Assembly: GCF_001945605.1 (NCBI RefSeq)
Contig: NZ_MPKA01000066.1
Location: 1-22,588 of the forward strand
DNA length: 22,588 nt
Direction of reading: 5' to 3'
Source of the DNA: Dubosiella newyorkensis
Lineage (GTDB): Bacteria; Bacillota_I; Bacilli_A; Erysipelotrichales; Erysipelotrichaceae
Numbering within the stretch: the stretch's first letter is position 1; the number at the start of each line of letters is the position of its first letter. The notes under the pieces were generated by a model. That model was not told the origin of the DNA and searched no databases. It saw only the letters and a list, made by a program, of their open reading frames with translations. The translations under genes and the position numbers were made by a program. Below, in pieces: positions 13,407-21,488 of the stretch.

Positions 13407-13934
13407 TTAAATAAGCGTTTGAAGCGCTTCTTTATAGAGTTGATAATCGATTTGTTCAAAGCATACAAAGACAATATCGATCGCTTTCGTGTCTGGATAG
13501 GCGGAACGGATCTTTTTAATCGTATTGAGAGCGATCTGGCAAGCTTCTTCATGCGGATAGCCATAGATTCCTGTCGAGATGCACGGGAAAGCGAGCGTAA
13601 GATGGTCGAGCTCATGTTCTCGCATATATTGATACGATAACGCGACCGCGTTCCAATAACAGCTTCTCAACGCTTCTTCGTCGCATTCTTTTCCCGAATA
13701 GACCGGACCTACCGCGTGAATGATCGCTTTGCAGGGCAGATCGAAGGCGGGCGAAATGCGCACGTCGCCAGCCTTTCCGCTTGGCAGCTTGGAACAAAAT
13801 GTTTGAAGTTCTTTTCCCGCTTTGGAAAAGATCGCTCCGCACACGCCTCCTCCAGGGGCGAAGTGTGGATTGGCAGCGTTGACAATAATGTCAAAATCTA
13901 AACCGGTAATGTCTCCTTTAATCGTTGATATCAT
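13407..13934 (-). CDS. macro-domain protein (ADP-ribose or O-acetyl-ADP-ribose hydrolase family)
   Basis: The signature GDITGLDFDIIVNAANPHFAPGGGVCGAIFSKAG and the later motif FPCISTGIYGYP are canonical macro-domain motifs. 175 aa. Confidence 0.87.
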   Translation of the reverse strand: MISTIKGDITGLDFDIIVNAANPHFAPGGGVCGAIFSKAGKELQTFCSKLPSGKAGDVRISPAFDLPCKAIIHAVGPVYSGKECDEEALRSCYWNAVALSYQYMREHELDHLTLAFPCISTGIYGYPHEEACQIALNTIKKIRSAYPDTKAIDIVFVCFEQIDYQLYKEALQTLI

Positions 13935-14844
13935 GATATTCCTTTCCTTCCATCATCCCTTCGAAGCGGGATGCGATCTTCTTGCTCGATGTTTGTACTT
14001 GCTGGAGCTGCTTGGCCGCTGTTTCGAGGGCTTGATTGGCTTTGATCGCTCTTTCCTGCAGGCGACGGACATCTTCTTTGAGCATCCAAAGGTCGTGTTC
14101 GATCTTTTCAAGATGGGTAGCCCGATAAAAATCATTCGTGCTTGCTTGAAGCGAAAATAAAATGCCAACAAGCGTCGTTGGAGATGTGATCAATACATGC
14201 CGTTGCAAAGCGTAAGTAAATAAAGAATCACAGCTCGCGCAAATAAATTGATAGATCGCTTCGCTTGGTATGAACATGAGCGCTTGGGGCGCTGTGGCGT
14301 GATTGATATATTTGTTGGCTATATCGTCTACGTGTTTTTTGACGTTTTGAATAAATTGGCGGGCATAATATTCTTTATTTTCTTCATCATCCATACGGGC
14401 GTAGTTTTCCATCGGAAACTTGGAGTCGATGCATAAGACTTGCTTGCGTCCTGGAAGATGCAGCGCTACATCGGCTATTTTTCCATTCGGAAGTGTATAT
14501 TGAGTCGAATAGATCGAGTCGTTTTCCCCTAAATAGGTAGAAAGAATATAGTCGAGCTGGTATTCGCCCCAACTACCTCGCCGTTTTGTGTTAGTCATCA
14601 CATTCGCCATTTGATCGACTTGGCGCTGGACCCAATCCATCGCGTCGAGCGAGTGGATTTGATTTTTTTGCAAGTTCTGCATTTGATTCAAGATCGAGTC
14701 AAATTGCGCGTTTGTATTTTTCGTTTCTTGTCTTTCCAACAAAGAACGTTCTTGTTCGTTTCGATGCTGCATCATAATATAGAAGATCAGAAAAAGCAAG
14801 CTGAGCAAGATCAAGATCAAAAGAAACAAGATAAATAAATTCAT
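13918..14844 (-). CDS. rmuC: DNA recombination protein RmuC (N-terminal TM helix, coiled coil, PD-(D/E)xK-like nuclease domain)
   Basis: The hydrophobic N-terminus is LFILFLLILILLSLLFLIFYIM. The RmuC core is RRGSWGEYQLDYIL...CIDSKFPMENY. The gene overlaps the macro gene by 17 nt and cca by 4 nt (ATGA). Confidence 0.85.
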   Translation of the reverse strand: MNLFILFLLILILLSLLFLIFYIMMQHRNEQERSLLERQETKNTNAQFDSILNQMQNLQKNQIHSLDAMDWVQRQVDQMANVMTNTKRRGSWGEYQLDYILSTYLGENDSIYSTQYTLPNGKIADVALHLPGRKQVLCIDSKFPMENYARMDDEENKEYYARQFIQNVKKHVDDIANKYINHATAPQALMFIPSEAIYQFICASCDSLFTYALQRHVLITSPTTLVGILFSLQASTNDFYRATHLEKIEHDLWMLKEDVRRLQERAIKANQALETAAKQLQQVQTSSKKIASRFEGMMEGKEYHDIND

Positions 14845-16166
14845 GAAGAGTGATTCCTTCTTTCTAAATAAGAGAGTAGATCGGCACGATTGTTTTTTTC
14901 CGGATGATAGAATGCATGATCGAGCGCCTCTTTAAGCAAGTTTCCAATTTGATGGTCCAGAACGCCCAACGCATTTTTAATATCGTTTCCATTGATTGCC
15001 AGATCTTTCAAAGAAAGAGGCCGCTCTTTTTTTTCTTTTTCGTAAAAGGCGACCGTTTCCTTTAAAAGATCCAGTCTTTTTTGTCCTTTTTGCGAATGAG
15101 CCATGATATCGCCATATTGAACCAAAAAAAATTTATGGATCCATTCATCGCTCATTCCAAGCTGGATCCGATATTTATAAAGCCATTTCAAGCTGGGCGC
15201 TCGCACATCATCATGATAGAGCACGAGCGTTTCGATCATTTTTTGGGTTTTCTTCGGCATTTTGAGCGCTTTGACCACTCTTCTAGCAATTTGAGCGCTC
15301 ACTTTTGGATGCCCTTTAAAATGATCGAGTCCATGCGTGTCGGTTGTTTTGGTGCTAGGTTTTCCTAGATCATGAAGAAGCAAGGCCCAAGCCGCCTCTT
15401 GATCATAGGTTGGTAAATATTGAAGCGCCTGGAGCGTATGGTCGAGCACGTTAGTCGTATGATAAATAGAATGCTGAGAACATGAAACGCATTCTTTTAA
15501 TTCCGGGATCCATGGCTCGAGCAAGTCAAGCATGTTCCGAATCTGGATCGGATCCGTTTTTAAGATCAAATCAAGTTCGGGAACGATACGCTCGACCGCC
15601 ACGTTCTTGATCAAATCCGCGTTTTCATGAATCGCTTCGCGTGTTTTTTCTTCGATCTGAAAATGCAGAACGGCCGCGAATCGGTGGGCTCTGATCATTC
15701 GCAAAGCGTCTTCTTGAAAGCGGAGAGAAGGATCTCCGATCGCCCGAATGATATGATCATGAAGGTCTTTTTGTCCTCCCGTCACATCCACGATCCCCTT
15801 TTTAGGATGATAGGCGAGCGCGTTGATCGTAAAGTCGCGTCGGAGCAGATCCTCAGAAAGCGATGAAACATAATCGATATGATCGGGATGCCGGTTGTCG
15901 GAATACCCTTTTTCTTTTCGATACGTCGTGCATTCAACAGACTGTCCCGCTTCTAAGATCGTGATCGTTCCATGCAGAATACCCGTGGGGATCGTATGGG
16001 AAAAGAGCGATTGGACTTGTATAGGCAAAGCGTTGGTGCAAAGATCATAATCATGGATCGGACGAGAAAGAAGAAAGTCGCGCACGCAGCCACCCACAAG
16101 ATAGCTTTCATAGCCAGCCTTTTCAAATGTGTCCAATATCGTTTGGATATACGATGGAATTTGCAT
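14841..16166 (-). CDS. cca: CCA-adding tRNA nucleotidyltransferase with C-terminal HD domain
   Basis: The Pol-beta NTase motif is YLVGGCVRDFLL...DYDL and the HD motif is LLHDLGKP. I take the start at MQIPSY (16166), 4 nt after AAAGGAGAA. The track start at 16202 is an upstream extension. Confidence 0.85.
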   Translation of the reverse strand: MQIPSYIQTILDTFEKAGYESYLVGGCVRDFLLSRPIHDYDLCTNALPIQVQSLFSHTIPTGILHGTITILEAGQSVECTTYRKEKGYSDNRHPDHIDYVSSLSEDLLRRDFTINALAYHPKKGIVDVTGGQKDLHDHIIRAIGDPSLRFQEDALRMIRAHRFAAVLHFQIEEKTREAIHENADLIKNVAVERIVPELDLILKTDPIQIRNMLDLLEPWIPELKECVSCSQHSIYHTTNVLDHTLQALQYLPTYDQEAAWALLLHDLGKPSTKTTDTHGLDHFKGHPKVSAQIARRVVKALKMPKKTQKMIETLVLYHDDVRAPSLKWLYKYRIQLGMSDEWIHKFFLVQYGDIMAHSQKGQKRLDLLKETVAFYEKEKKERPLSLKDLAINGNDIKNALGVLDHQIGNLLKEALDHAFYHPEKNNRADLLSYLERRNHSS

Positions 16167-16192
16167 GGATTTCTCCTTTCTAGGGTGCAGAT

Positions 16193-16220
16193 ATTTTATC
16201 ATAGATCGTCATTGGGTAAA
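16193..16220 (-). promoter_or_regulatory. candidate sigma-A promoter of the cca-rmuC-macro operon
   Basis: On the minus strand: TTTACC (16220-16215), a 16-nt spacer, then TG-a-TAAAAT (extended -10, hexamer at 16198-16193). Confidence 0.4.
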
Positions 16221-16243
16221 ACACAGATTCTTTGGATTCGTAT

Positions 16244-16270
16244 AAAAAAGATCTAGCCAAACCTAGATCT
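16244..16270 (-). terminator. rho-independent terminator of the PadR-DUF1700-DUF4097 operon
   Basis: Perfect 8-bp stem AGATCTAG/CTAGATCT (16249-16256 and 16263-16270) with a 6-nt loop. A T-run follows on the minus strand (16249-16244). Confidence 0.78.
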
Positions 16271-16278
16271 GATTCTAC

Positions 16279-17058
16279 TTACTTGAACGAGATATCCACG
16301 TTCCCCATATTCGTATATGCTTCGATCCTTGCCAAGCCTTCATACTTTGCATCATGATCATGGCCATGATCAACATCGACTTCGCCCATATCTGTATCGG
16401 CATCGATCGTATACTCCTCTCTTCCGCCTTGAAGCGCAAGATCAATATTTCCCATCGCGTTATTGGCTTTCAGAAATTCTTTCACTTGTCCATCGAACTC
16501 CAGATCGCCCATCGACAAATATAAGCTTCCGTTTGCGATCGTGCTTTCATTGACTTCCACATTCCCTAACTGGCAAGTCACATCAAGATCTTGCAGATCG
16601 ACCTTGCGAATTTGAACATCGCCCATCGCCGTCTCGATTCGAATAGCACGAATAGAAGAAGGAACCACAACCTTCATCGAAACATTCAAGTTTTGAAACG
16701 TAAAATGATTATCCGAAGTTTGTTCGATTTTATACTCTTTTCCATGAACGCTCGAATTCAAATGGATCTCCTTTGATTTTTGATTCATTTCCGGCATGTT
16801 TTCTGTTTCGATTTTAAAAGCGTCTCCACGCTCGATCTCAATATGCGCCATCGCCACATCTAAAACTAAAGTATCGATATTTTCTTTTGGCTCGTACGTA
16901 TATTCTTTCCCTTGAAATGGATTTTCGTCTATAGACACCTTTCCAAAATTTGTATATCTAAACAACATATCGCCACGACGCTGATACGCGATCGAACATA
17001 GACCCAATCCAAGCACGAGTGAAACGATCCCAACGATCAACAATCCTTTGTGTTTCAT
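16279..17058 (-). CDS. DUF4097-family membrane-anchored beta-repeat protein (LiaG/YvlB-like putative adhesin fold)
   Basis: It has an N-terminal TM anchor (LLIVGIVSLVLGLGLCSIA). At least seven repeats of a (M/L)G(D/N/E)-hydrophobic-x-hydrophobic rung motif follow: MGDVQI, LGNVEV, MGDLEF, MGNIDL, MGEVDV, MGNVDI. A His-rich patch DHGHDHD is also present. Confidence 0.7.
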   Translation of the reverse strand: MKHKGLLIVGIVSLVLGLGLCSIAYQRRGDMLFRYTNFGKVSIDENPFQGKEYTYEPKENIDTLVLDVAMAHIEIERGDAFKIETENMPEMNQKSKEIHLNSSVHGKEYKIEQTSDNHFTFQNLNVSMKVVVPSSIRAIRIETAMGDVQIRKVDLQDLDVTCQLGNVEVNESTIANGSLYLSMGDLEFDGQVKEFLKANNAMGNIDLALQGGREEYTIDADTDMGEVDVDHGHDHDAKYEGLARIEAYTNMGNVDISFK

Positions 17059-17672
17059 TCTCTAACCTCCCGATTTCTAAGCTTCCGATAAAGTTTGGCG
17101 ACCCAACGCGACAAAGCCGGAAAGCCAACTTTGATGATCCAGCCAATCGCAAGACAAGCCAAGATCGCCGCCCCAAACGCCGTCAATACGACACCCAACA
17201 AAAATAAAGAAACCATCAAATCTTGACCCAATGTCGAGAAGAATTCGAAAATACACAATCCTACCGTTATGATGGCACCTACCAGAGCCATCACAAACAC
17301 CAAAAGGATCATCGCCAAAGTGATCACTCCCACAAAAATCAGAACGATCACTACGATCAAAAGCGGCAAAGCGATCGGCAAAGCACAAATCCCAAGCACC
17401 AAGATCCCCAACGTTTTCCATACACTATTTTGAGAAGCAGGACGCGCTTGCATTTGACGAGGGATCCGAGGAGGGACACTCGCCACAAGATCAGCCCGAA
17501 TTGTCGCCGCATACTTTTCTGGCGAACCCAATTCTTCGATCACCTTCTGTTCGTTTTCTACCCCTGCTTCTTCAAAATATTCATTCAAATACACGATCGC
17601 ATCCGAGAGGTCGCGGGGATCGACGCCCGAAAGCTGCGAATGAACGATCTGAATATATTCTTGTTTAGTCAT
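17055..17672 (-). CDS. DUF1700 (HAAS-type) membrane protein partnered with PadR
   Basis: The soluble N-terminal helical domain reads MTKQEYIQIV...LNEYFEEAG...LGSPEKYA. Several TM helices follow. The gene has an 8-nt overlap with padR and a 4-nt overlap with the DUF4097 gene. Confidence 0.7.
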   Translation of the reverse strand: MTKQEYIQIVHSQLSGVDPRDLSDAIVYLNEYFEEAGVENEQKVIEELGSPEKYAATIRADLVASVPPRIPRQMQARPASQNSVWKTLGILVLGICALPIALPLLIVVIVLIFVGVITLAMILLVFVMALVGAIITVGLCIFEFFSTLGQDLMVSLFLLGVVLTAFGAAILACLAIGWIIKVGFPALSRWVAKLYRKLRNREVRE

Positions 17673-17982
17673 GATGACTCCTTTCCAAAATACCTTCTAC
17701 CTTTTCAACATATCTTTTCCATTCAAGACGATCCGACTCCAACTTTTTTCTACCTTGTGCCGTGATCGTATAATACCGACGATTTCGGCCATCGTAAGGC
17801 TTATCATACGTCGATAAGTACTTCTCTTTTGTCAGTCTCCGTAAGACTGGATACAATGTTGACTCCGAAACCGATAGTGTCTCTTTGACTTCATGTGTCA
17901 ATTTATATCCATAGGTATCTTGTTGCTCCACAAGAGCAAGGACACACATATCCAAAAGAGTTCCTCCATATTGAAATCCCAT
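17665..17982 (-). CDS. PadR-family winged-helix transcriptional regulator
   Basis: The motif YGYKLTHEVKETLSVSESTLYPVLRRLTKEKYL...RRYYTIT is canonical PadR. I take the start at MGFQYGG (17982), 7 nt after AAAGGAGA. The track start at 18012 is an extension. Confidence 0.87.
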   Translation of the reverse strand: MGFQYGGTLLDMCVLALVEQQDTYGYKLTHEVKETLSVSESTLYPVLRRLTKEKYLSTYDKPYDGRNRRYYTITAQGRKKLESDRLEWKRYVEKVEGILERSHHD

Positions 17983-18000
17983 AATATTATCTCCTTTACC

Positions 18001-18023
18001 AATATTATACATAATATAATATT
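18001..18023. promoter_or_regulatory. inverted repeat in the padR promoter region, a candidate PadR operator
   Basis: AATATTATA-CATAA-TATAATATT has perfect 9-bp arms. Each arm contains a TATAAT on one strand, and the repeat lies about 20 nt upstream of the padR start codon. Confidence 0.4.
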
Positions 18024-18035
18024 AGGTGCAATAGA

Positions 18036-18058
18036 AAAGCAGGCTTTTTACCTGCTTT
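18036..18058 (-). terminator. rho-independent terminator of the 72-aa ORF
   Basis: The stem is AAAGCAGG/CCTGCTTT with a 7-nt loop. A T-rich tract follows on the minus strand. Confidence 0.68.
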
Positions 18059-18087
18059 CATCCTCTATGATGTATTTCTATTTAAGT

Positions 18088-18306
18088 TTATGCCTGCACT
18101 CGATATTGCTCGATCCGATCACAAGGAATGTTCATCGTCCGCTTCTTATCCGTATATTGGATCAACATATACGAATGAACTAGATCCCAGACGACCTCTA
18201 AAATCTTATAGCAATTCCCTGAACCATCATGTAAGATCGTACCTTTTTTAATATCCAACTCATTCGCATCTCTTAACTTTTGTTCATGACGCTTTACTAC
18301 AATCAT
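18088..18306 (-). CDS. small hypothetical protein (72 aa), no family recognised
   Basis: The ORF starts at MIVVKRHEQ, 8 nt after AAAGGAG, and has its own terminator and a TATAAT-containing palindrome upstream. I recognise no motif. Confidence 0.5.
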   Translation of the reverse strand: MIVVKRHEQKLRDANELDIKKGTILHDGSGNCYKILEVVWDLVHSYMLIQYTDKKRTMNIPCDRIEQYRVQA

Positions 18307-18459
18307 TCTACACACTCCTTTCTAGGACGCTATTATAGCGAAAAGAATGAGTATAGACTTGTAAAATGCTCAAGCATCGTGCTATTTTTTCTAAAAATCG
18401 TGTTAGAATCCCATACAAAATTACGATACGATAAACATCGAACACAAGGAGGATCGATC

Positions 18460-19278
18460 ATGAAAATCTTAACATTCAACACTCACTCTCTTGAAGAAGC
18501 CAATATGCCCCAAAAACAAAAACAATTCGTCCAAGCCTTAAAACAACTCGATCCCGACATTGTCGCTCTTCAAGAAGTCAACCAAACCAATACGAGCCCG
18601 ATCGTTTCACACACTCCCAGCACGATTCAAATCATCCATAAAACAATTCCGCTGCGAGAAGACAACCATGTTCTCGCTCTAGACACTCTACTCAAAAAAG
18701 AAGGACTTTCCTATGAGATCGTATGGTCGCCAGTCAAGCTCGGCTATGGAAAATACGACGAAGGACTCGCCTTTCTATCGAAAAAGCCGATCCAGAACAT
18801 CGAAACGATCCTTTTGTCCAAGCAAGACAACTACTCCGATTTCCGCACCCGGAAAGCGTTAAAGATCCAAACAGAAGATGGAGTATTCGTCAATGTCCAT
18901 ATGGGTTGGTGGAATGATGAATTAGAACCTTTCCAAGACCAATTTATTCGCCTTGATCAAAGCATCCATCAAGAAGATCCTCTCTATTTGATGGGAGACT
19001 TCAACGCCGAGGCAAGCATTCCCAACGAAGGCTATGCCCAAGTAGTAAAAAGCGGCTACTCCGATCTTTATACGCTCGCTCAACAGAAAGATGATGGAAT
19101 CAGTGTCGACCATGTGATCGATGGTTGGAGAAACAATCAAAACATTTCCGGAATGCGCATCGACTACATCTTCTCCAATAAAAAAAGGAACGTTCCTTGG
19201 ATACGGACCGCCTTTCGAGGCCAAGAAGAACCTATTTTATCCGATCACTTTGGCGTGCTCGCCTGCTTGACAGACTAG
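18460..19278 (+). CDS. endonuclease/exonuclease/phosphatase (EEP) family protein
   Basis: I take the start at MKILTFNTHSL, 7 nt after AAGGAGG. The upstream 60 codons of the track ORF cross the divergent promoter region. EEP motifs are present: ILTFN, VALQEV, MGDFN and SDHFGV. Confidence 0.8.
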   Translation: MKILTFNTHSLEEANMPQKQKQFVQALKQLDPDIVALQEVNQTNTSPIVSHTPSTIQIIHKTIPLREDNHVLALDTLLKKEGLSYEIVWSPVKLGYGKYDEGLAFLSKKPIQNIETILLSKQDNYSDFRTRKALKIQTEDGVFVNVHMGWWNDELEPFQDQFIRLDQSIHQEDPLYLMGDFNAEASIPNEGYAQVVKSGYSDLYTLAQQKDDGISVDHVIDGWRNNQNISGMRIDYIFSNKKRNVPWIRTAFRGQEEPILSDHFGVLACLTD

Positions 19279-19338
19279 TCGTTTGTTTTTACTTTAAGCG
19301 CCTTTATGGTATACTCTTGAACGTAAAAAGGAGATTAC

Positions 19339-20187
19339 ATGATAAAAGAAATACTACAAGGGATCGTCATCGGAATCGCGAACATCATTCCAGGCGTCAG
19401 TGGCGGAACGATGATGGTCGCCATGGGAATCTATGATAAACTCATTGAATCGATCACCCATCTCTTCTCGAACTTCAAGAAAAGCTTTCAATTCCTTTTA
19501 CCGATTTTTATCGGTATAGGAATCGCGATCATCGCCCTCTCAAAACTCTTCGAGTTTCTCTTGAGCAATTATCCTATCCCAACAAATTTAGGATTTTGCG
19601 GGCTCATTTTAGGGAGCTTGCCCTTTATTACTCAAAAAGTGGCGCATAAAGGCTTCGGTATCGACAAGCTCATCCCATTTCTTGTCTTTTTTGCCCTCGT
19701 TGTAGGCATGAGTATCGCCGGAGAAGCAAGCGGAAGAGAAGTCGTTCTCTCTCTTGCCCCGCTTCAAATCCTTTTGTTGTTTTTAGTCGGAGTGATTGCC
19801 GCTGCGACCATGGTCGTTCCAGGCGTGAGCGGATCGATGATCCTCATGAGTTTAGGCTATTATGAACCGATCCTCAAAACGATCAACGCGATGGTATCTG
19901 CCCTAGTCCATCTTGATTTTGGTCAAGTGTTGTATTGCTGCGGGATCTTGATCCCTTTTGGGATCGGCGTCGTTGTCGGAATTTTTGCGATCGCTAAACT
20001 CGTCGAATGGCTCTTTGCCCGTTTTCAAGTCCAAACGTATTGGGCCATTATTGGCTTGATCGTCGCCAGCCCGATCGCCATTTTATTATCTACGGATTGG
20101 GCGACATTCTCTATCGTTCAAATGCTGATCGGTTTCTTGACCTTCGTGCTTGGATGGTATGTCGCCTCTAAACTTGGCGGCGAATAA
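19339..20187 (+). CDS. DUF368 membrane protein (PopT-type polyprenyl or undecaprenyl-phosphate translocase family)
   Basis: The duplicated signature PGVSGGTMMV and PGVSGSMILM occurs in a 282-aa polytopic protein. RBS is AAAGGAGA. Confidence 0.8.
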   Translation: MIKEILQGIVIGIANIIPGVSGGTMMVAMGIYDKLIESITHLFSNFKKSFQFLLPIFIGIGIAIIALSKLFEFLLSNYPIPTNLGFCGLILGSLPFITQKVAHKGFGIDKLIPFLVFFALVVGMSIAGEASGREVVLSLAPLQILLLFLVGVIAAATMVVPGVSGSMILMSLGYYEPILKTINAMVSALVHLDFGQVLYCCGILIPFGIGVVVGIFAIAKLVEWLFARFQVQTYWAIIGLIVASPIAILLSTDWATFSIVQMLIGFLTFVLGWYVASKLGGE

Positions 20188-20204
20188 AAATAGATATTCA
20201 AAAA

Positions 20205-20235
20205 ACTCGTACGAACTGATCGCACGAGTTTTTTA
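20205..20235. terminator. rho-independent terminator after the DUF368 gene
   Basis: The stem is ACTCGTACGA/TCGCACGAGT (10 bp with one mismatch) and the loop is ACTGA. A T-run follows and an A-run precedes. Confidence 0.75.
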
Positions 20236-20276
20236 TAAAATGACTTTTTGCACACTATATTCATTTTGACTATAAT

Positions 20277-20330
20277 AAAAAAGAATCCATCCTGATCCAT
20301 TCCTTCCCAAGAACCCAATCGGATGGATTC
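20277..20330 (-). terminator. probable terminator of the murB-M20 transcript
   Basis: On the minus strand a perfect 10-bp stem GAATCCATCC/GGATGGATTC (20330-20321 and 20292-20283) encloses a 28-nt loop. TTTTTTATT follows. Confidence 0.5.
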
Positions 20331-20336
20331 ACTCTT

Positions 20337-21488
20337 TTATTTCTTATTCAAAAAATCCCAGGCACTCATTGCCATCGCACAAATCGCGATATACAACGAC
20401 TTTTGCGCCTTTGGACCATGAACAAGATCCAAAAAAGCTTCTTCATGCGCAAAAACAGAGGGGACAGCCCCTGTATCCAATTCGACATAGGCGCAAGGAA
20501 CCACTTGCGAAACATTTCCAATATCCGAACTGCCACCCCACTCTTCCATCTCCTGAAATTCGTGAACACCAAGCAATTCAAGATTCTCCTTCATGTATTG
20601 ACTCAAAGTCCGATCCGCTACCAACGAATCAAATGACTGTTCAAAGAAGCGATAGGACATCTTGGCACCCGTCATCAAAGAAGCACCATCCGCTAGAGAG
20701 ATCATTCTCTTAACAAGCGCGTCGACTCTTTTCCGAGAACAGGAACGCACATAGAATTGACAAGAAGCATACTCTGGAATGATATTGCACGTGCTTCCTC
20801 CATTGGTAATGATCCCCATGATAGAATCTTCTTTCGAAAGTTGCGCTCGCATTTGATTCAAACCATTAAATAAGGAAATCACCGCATCGAGGGCATTGAT
20901 CCCTTCTTCAGGAGCCAAGGCCGCATGGGAAGCCTTTCCAAAAAACTCAAATTCGATCGAATCCATCGCTTGAATTTTCGGCATCAAAACCGTTCGAGCA
21001 GCTAAATGCATTTGGAATACCGCATCCACATCACAAAAGGCGCCTTCTTGAACAAGAACGCACTTTCCGCCAATACTCTCTTCTGCCGGCGTTCCGATCA
21101 CAACGATCTTCACATCCTCCTGAGATAAAAAGGAAGAAAGGACAATAGCCGCTCCTACACTACTTGCTGCGATCCAATTGTGTCCACAAGCATGGGCAAT
21201 TTGATCATGCGCTTCTCCATAACCAGGTAAAGCGTCATATTCCGCTAAAAAAGCGACTACCGGATTCCCATGACCAAATTCTGCGCGAAAAGCCGTTGAT
21301 TGCGAACCATAGGGATATTCGATCCGAAATCCATTCTTCTCTAAAAACGATGTCAAATACTGACATGCCTTCTCTTCTTGACCACCTAGTTCAGGATGAG
21401 AAAATAAATACTCGCTAATTTCCTCGAATCGAGGAAGCCATTCTCTTGCACGAGCTTGGATCTCATTTTTCATGTTTGCTTTTGACAC
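20337..21488 (-). CDS. M20-family metallo-amidohydrolase or peptidase (M20D, AbgB-like)
   Basis: The motif AEYDALPG...HACGHN, and overall length and organisation, are typical of M20 amidohydrolases. The start is uncertain (GTG 21488 or ATG 21473) because neither has a clear SD. The gene overlaps the murB 3' end. Confidence 0.78.
   Translation of the reverse strand: MSKANMKNEIQARAREWLPRFEEISEYLFSHPELGGQEEKACQYLTSFLEKNGFRIEYPYGSQSTAFRAEFGHGNPVVAFLAEYDALPGYGEAHDQIAHACGHNWIAASSVGAAIVLSSFLSQEDVKIVVIGTPAEESIGGKCVLVQEGAFCDVDAVFQMHLAARTVLMPKIQAMDSIEFEFFGKASHAALAPEEGINALDAVISLFNGLNQMRAQLSKEDSIMGIITNGGSTCNIIPEYASCQFYVRSCSRKRVDALVKRMISLADGASLMTGAKMSYRFFEQSFDSLVADRTLSQYMKENLELLGVHEFQEMEEWGGSSDIGNVSQVVPCAYVELDTGAVPSVFAHEEAFLDLVHGPKAQKSLYIAICAMAMSAWDFLNKK

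Noticed and set aside
13282-13414. A possible small gene or sRNA in the 168-nt spacer between the PTS terminator and the macro-domain gene. It comprises a 31-codon ORF (13319-13414, METCLNVLKDAILMIDPFYLEEGKTEIPFFK) and a plus-oriented hairpin AAGGAA-N9-TTCCTT plus T-run at 13383-13408.
   Set aside because: The ORF has no SD and overlaps the convergent macro gene stop. The hairpin has only a 6-bp AT-rich stem. It may be a weak back-up terminator, but I cannot support a feature call.
13537-13552. Other TGGCA-containing sites that might be sigma-54 promoters. On the plus strand: TGGCAAGCTTCTTCAT at 13537, TGGCACGATAAATGTT at about 1621, TGGCACCTACCAGAGC at about 17273 and TGGCACCCGTCATCAA at about 20653. 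On the minus strand: TGGCACATGGATCGTT near 12847.
   Set aside because: All lack the obligatory GC of the -12 element at the right spacing, all lie inside coding sequence, and none shares the TTGCTnGTATA extension of the three accepted promoters.
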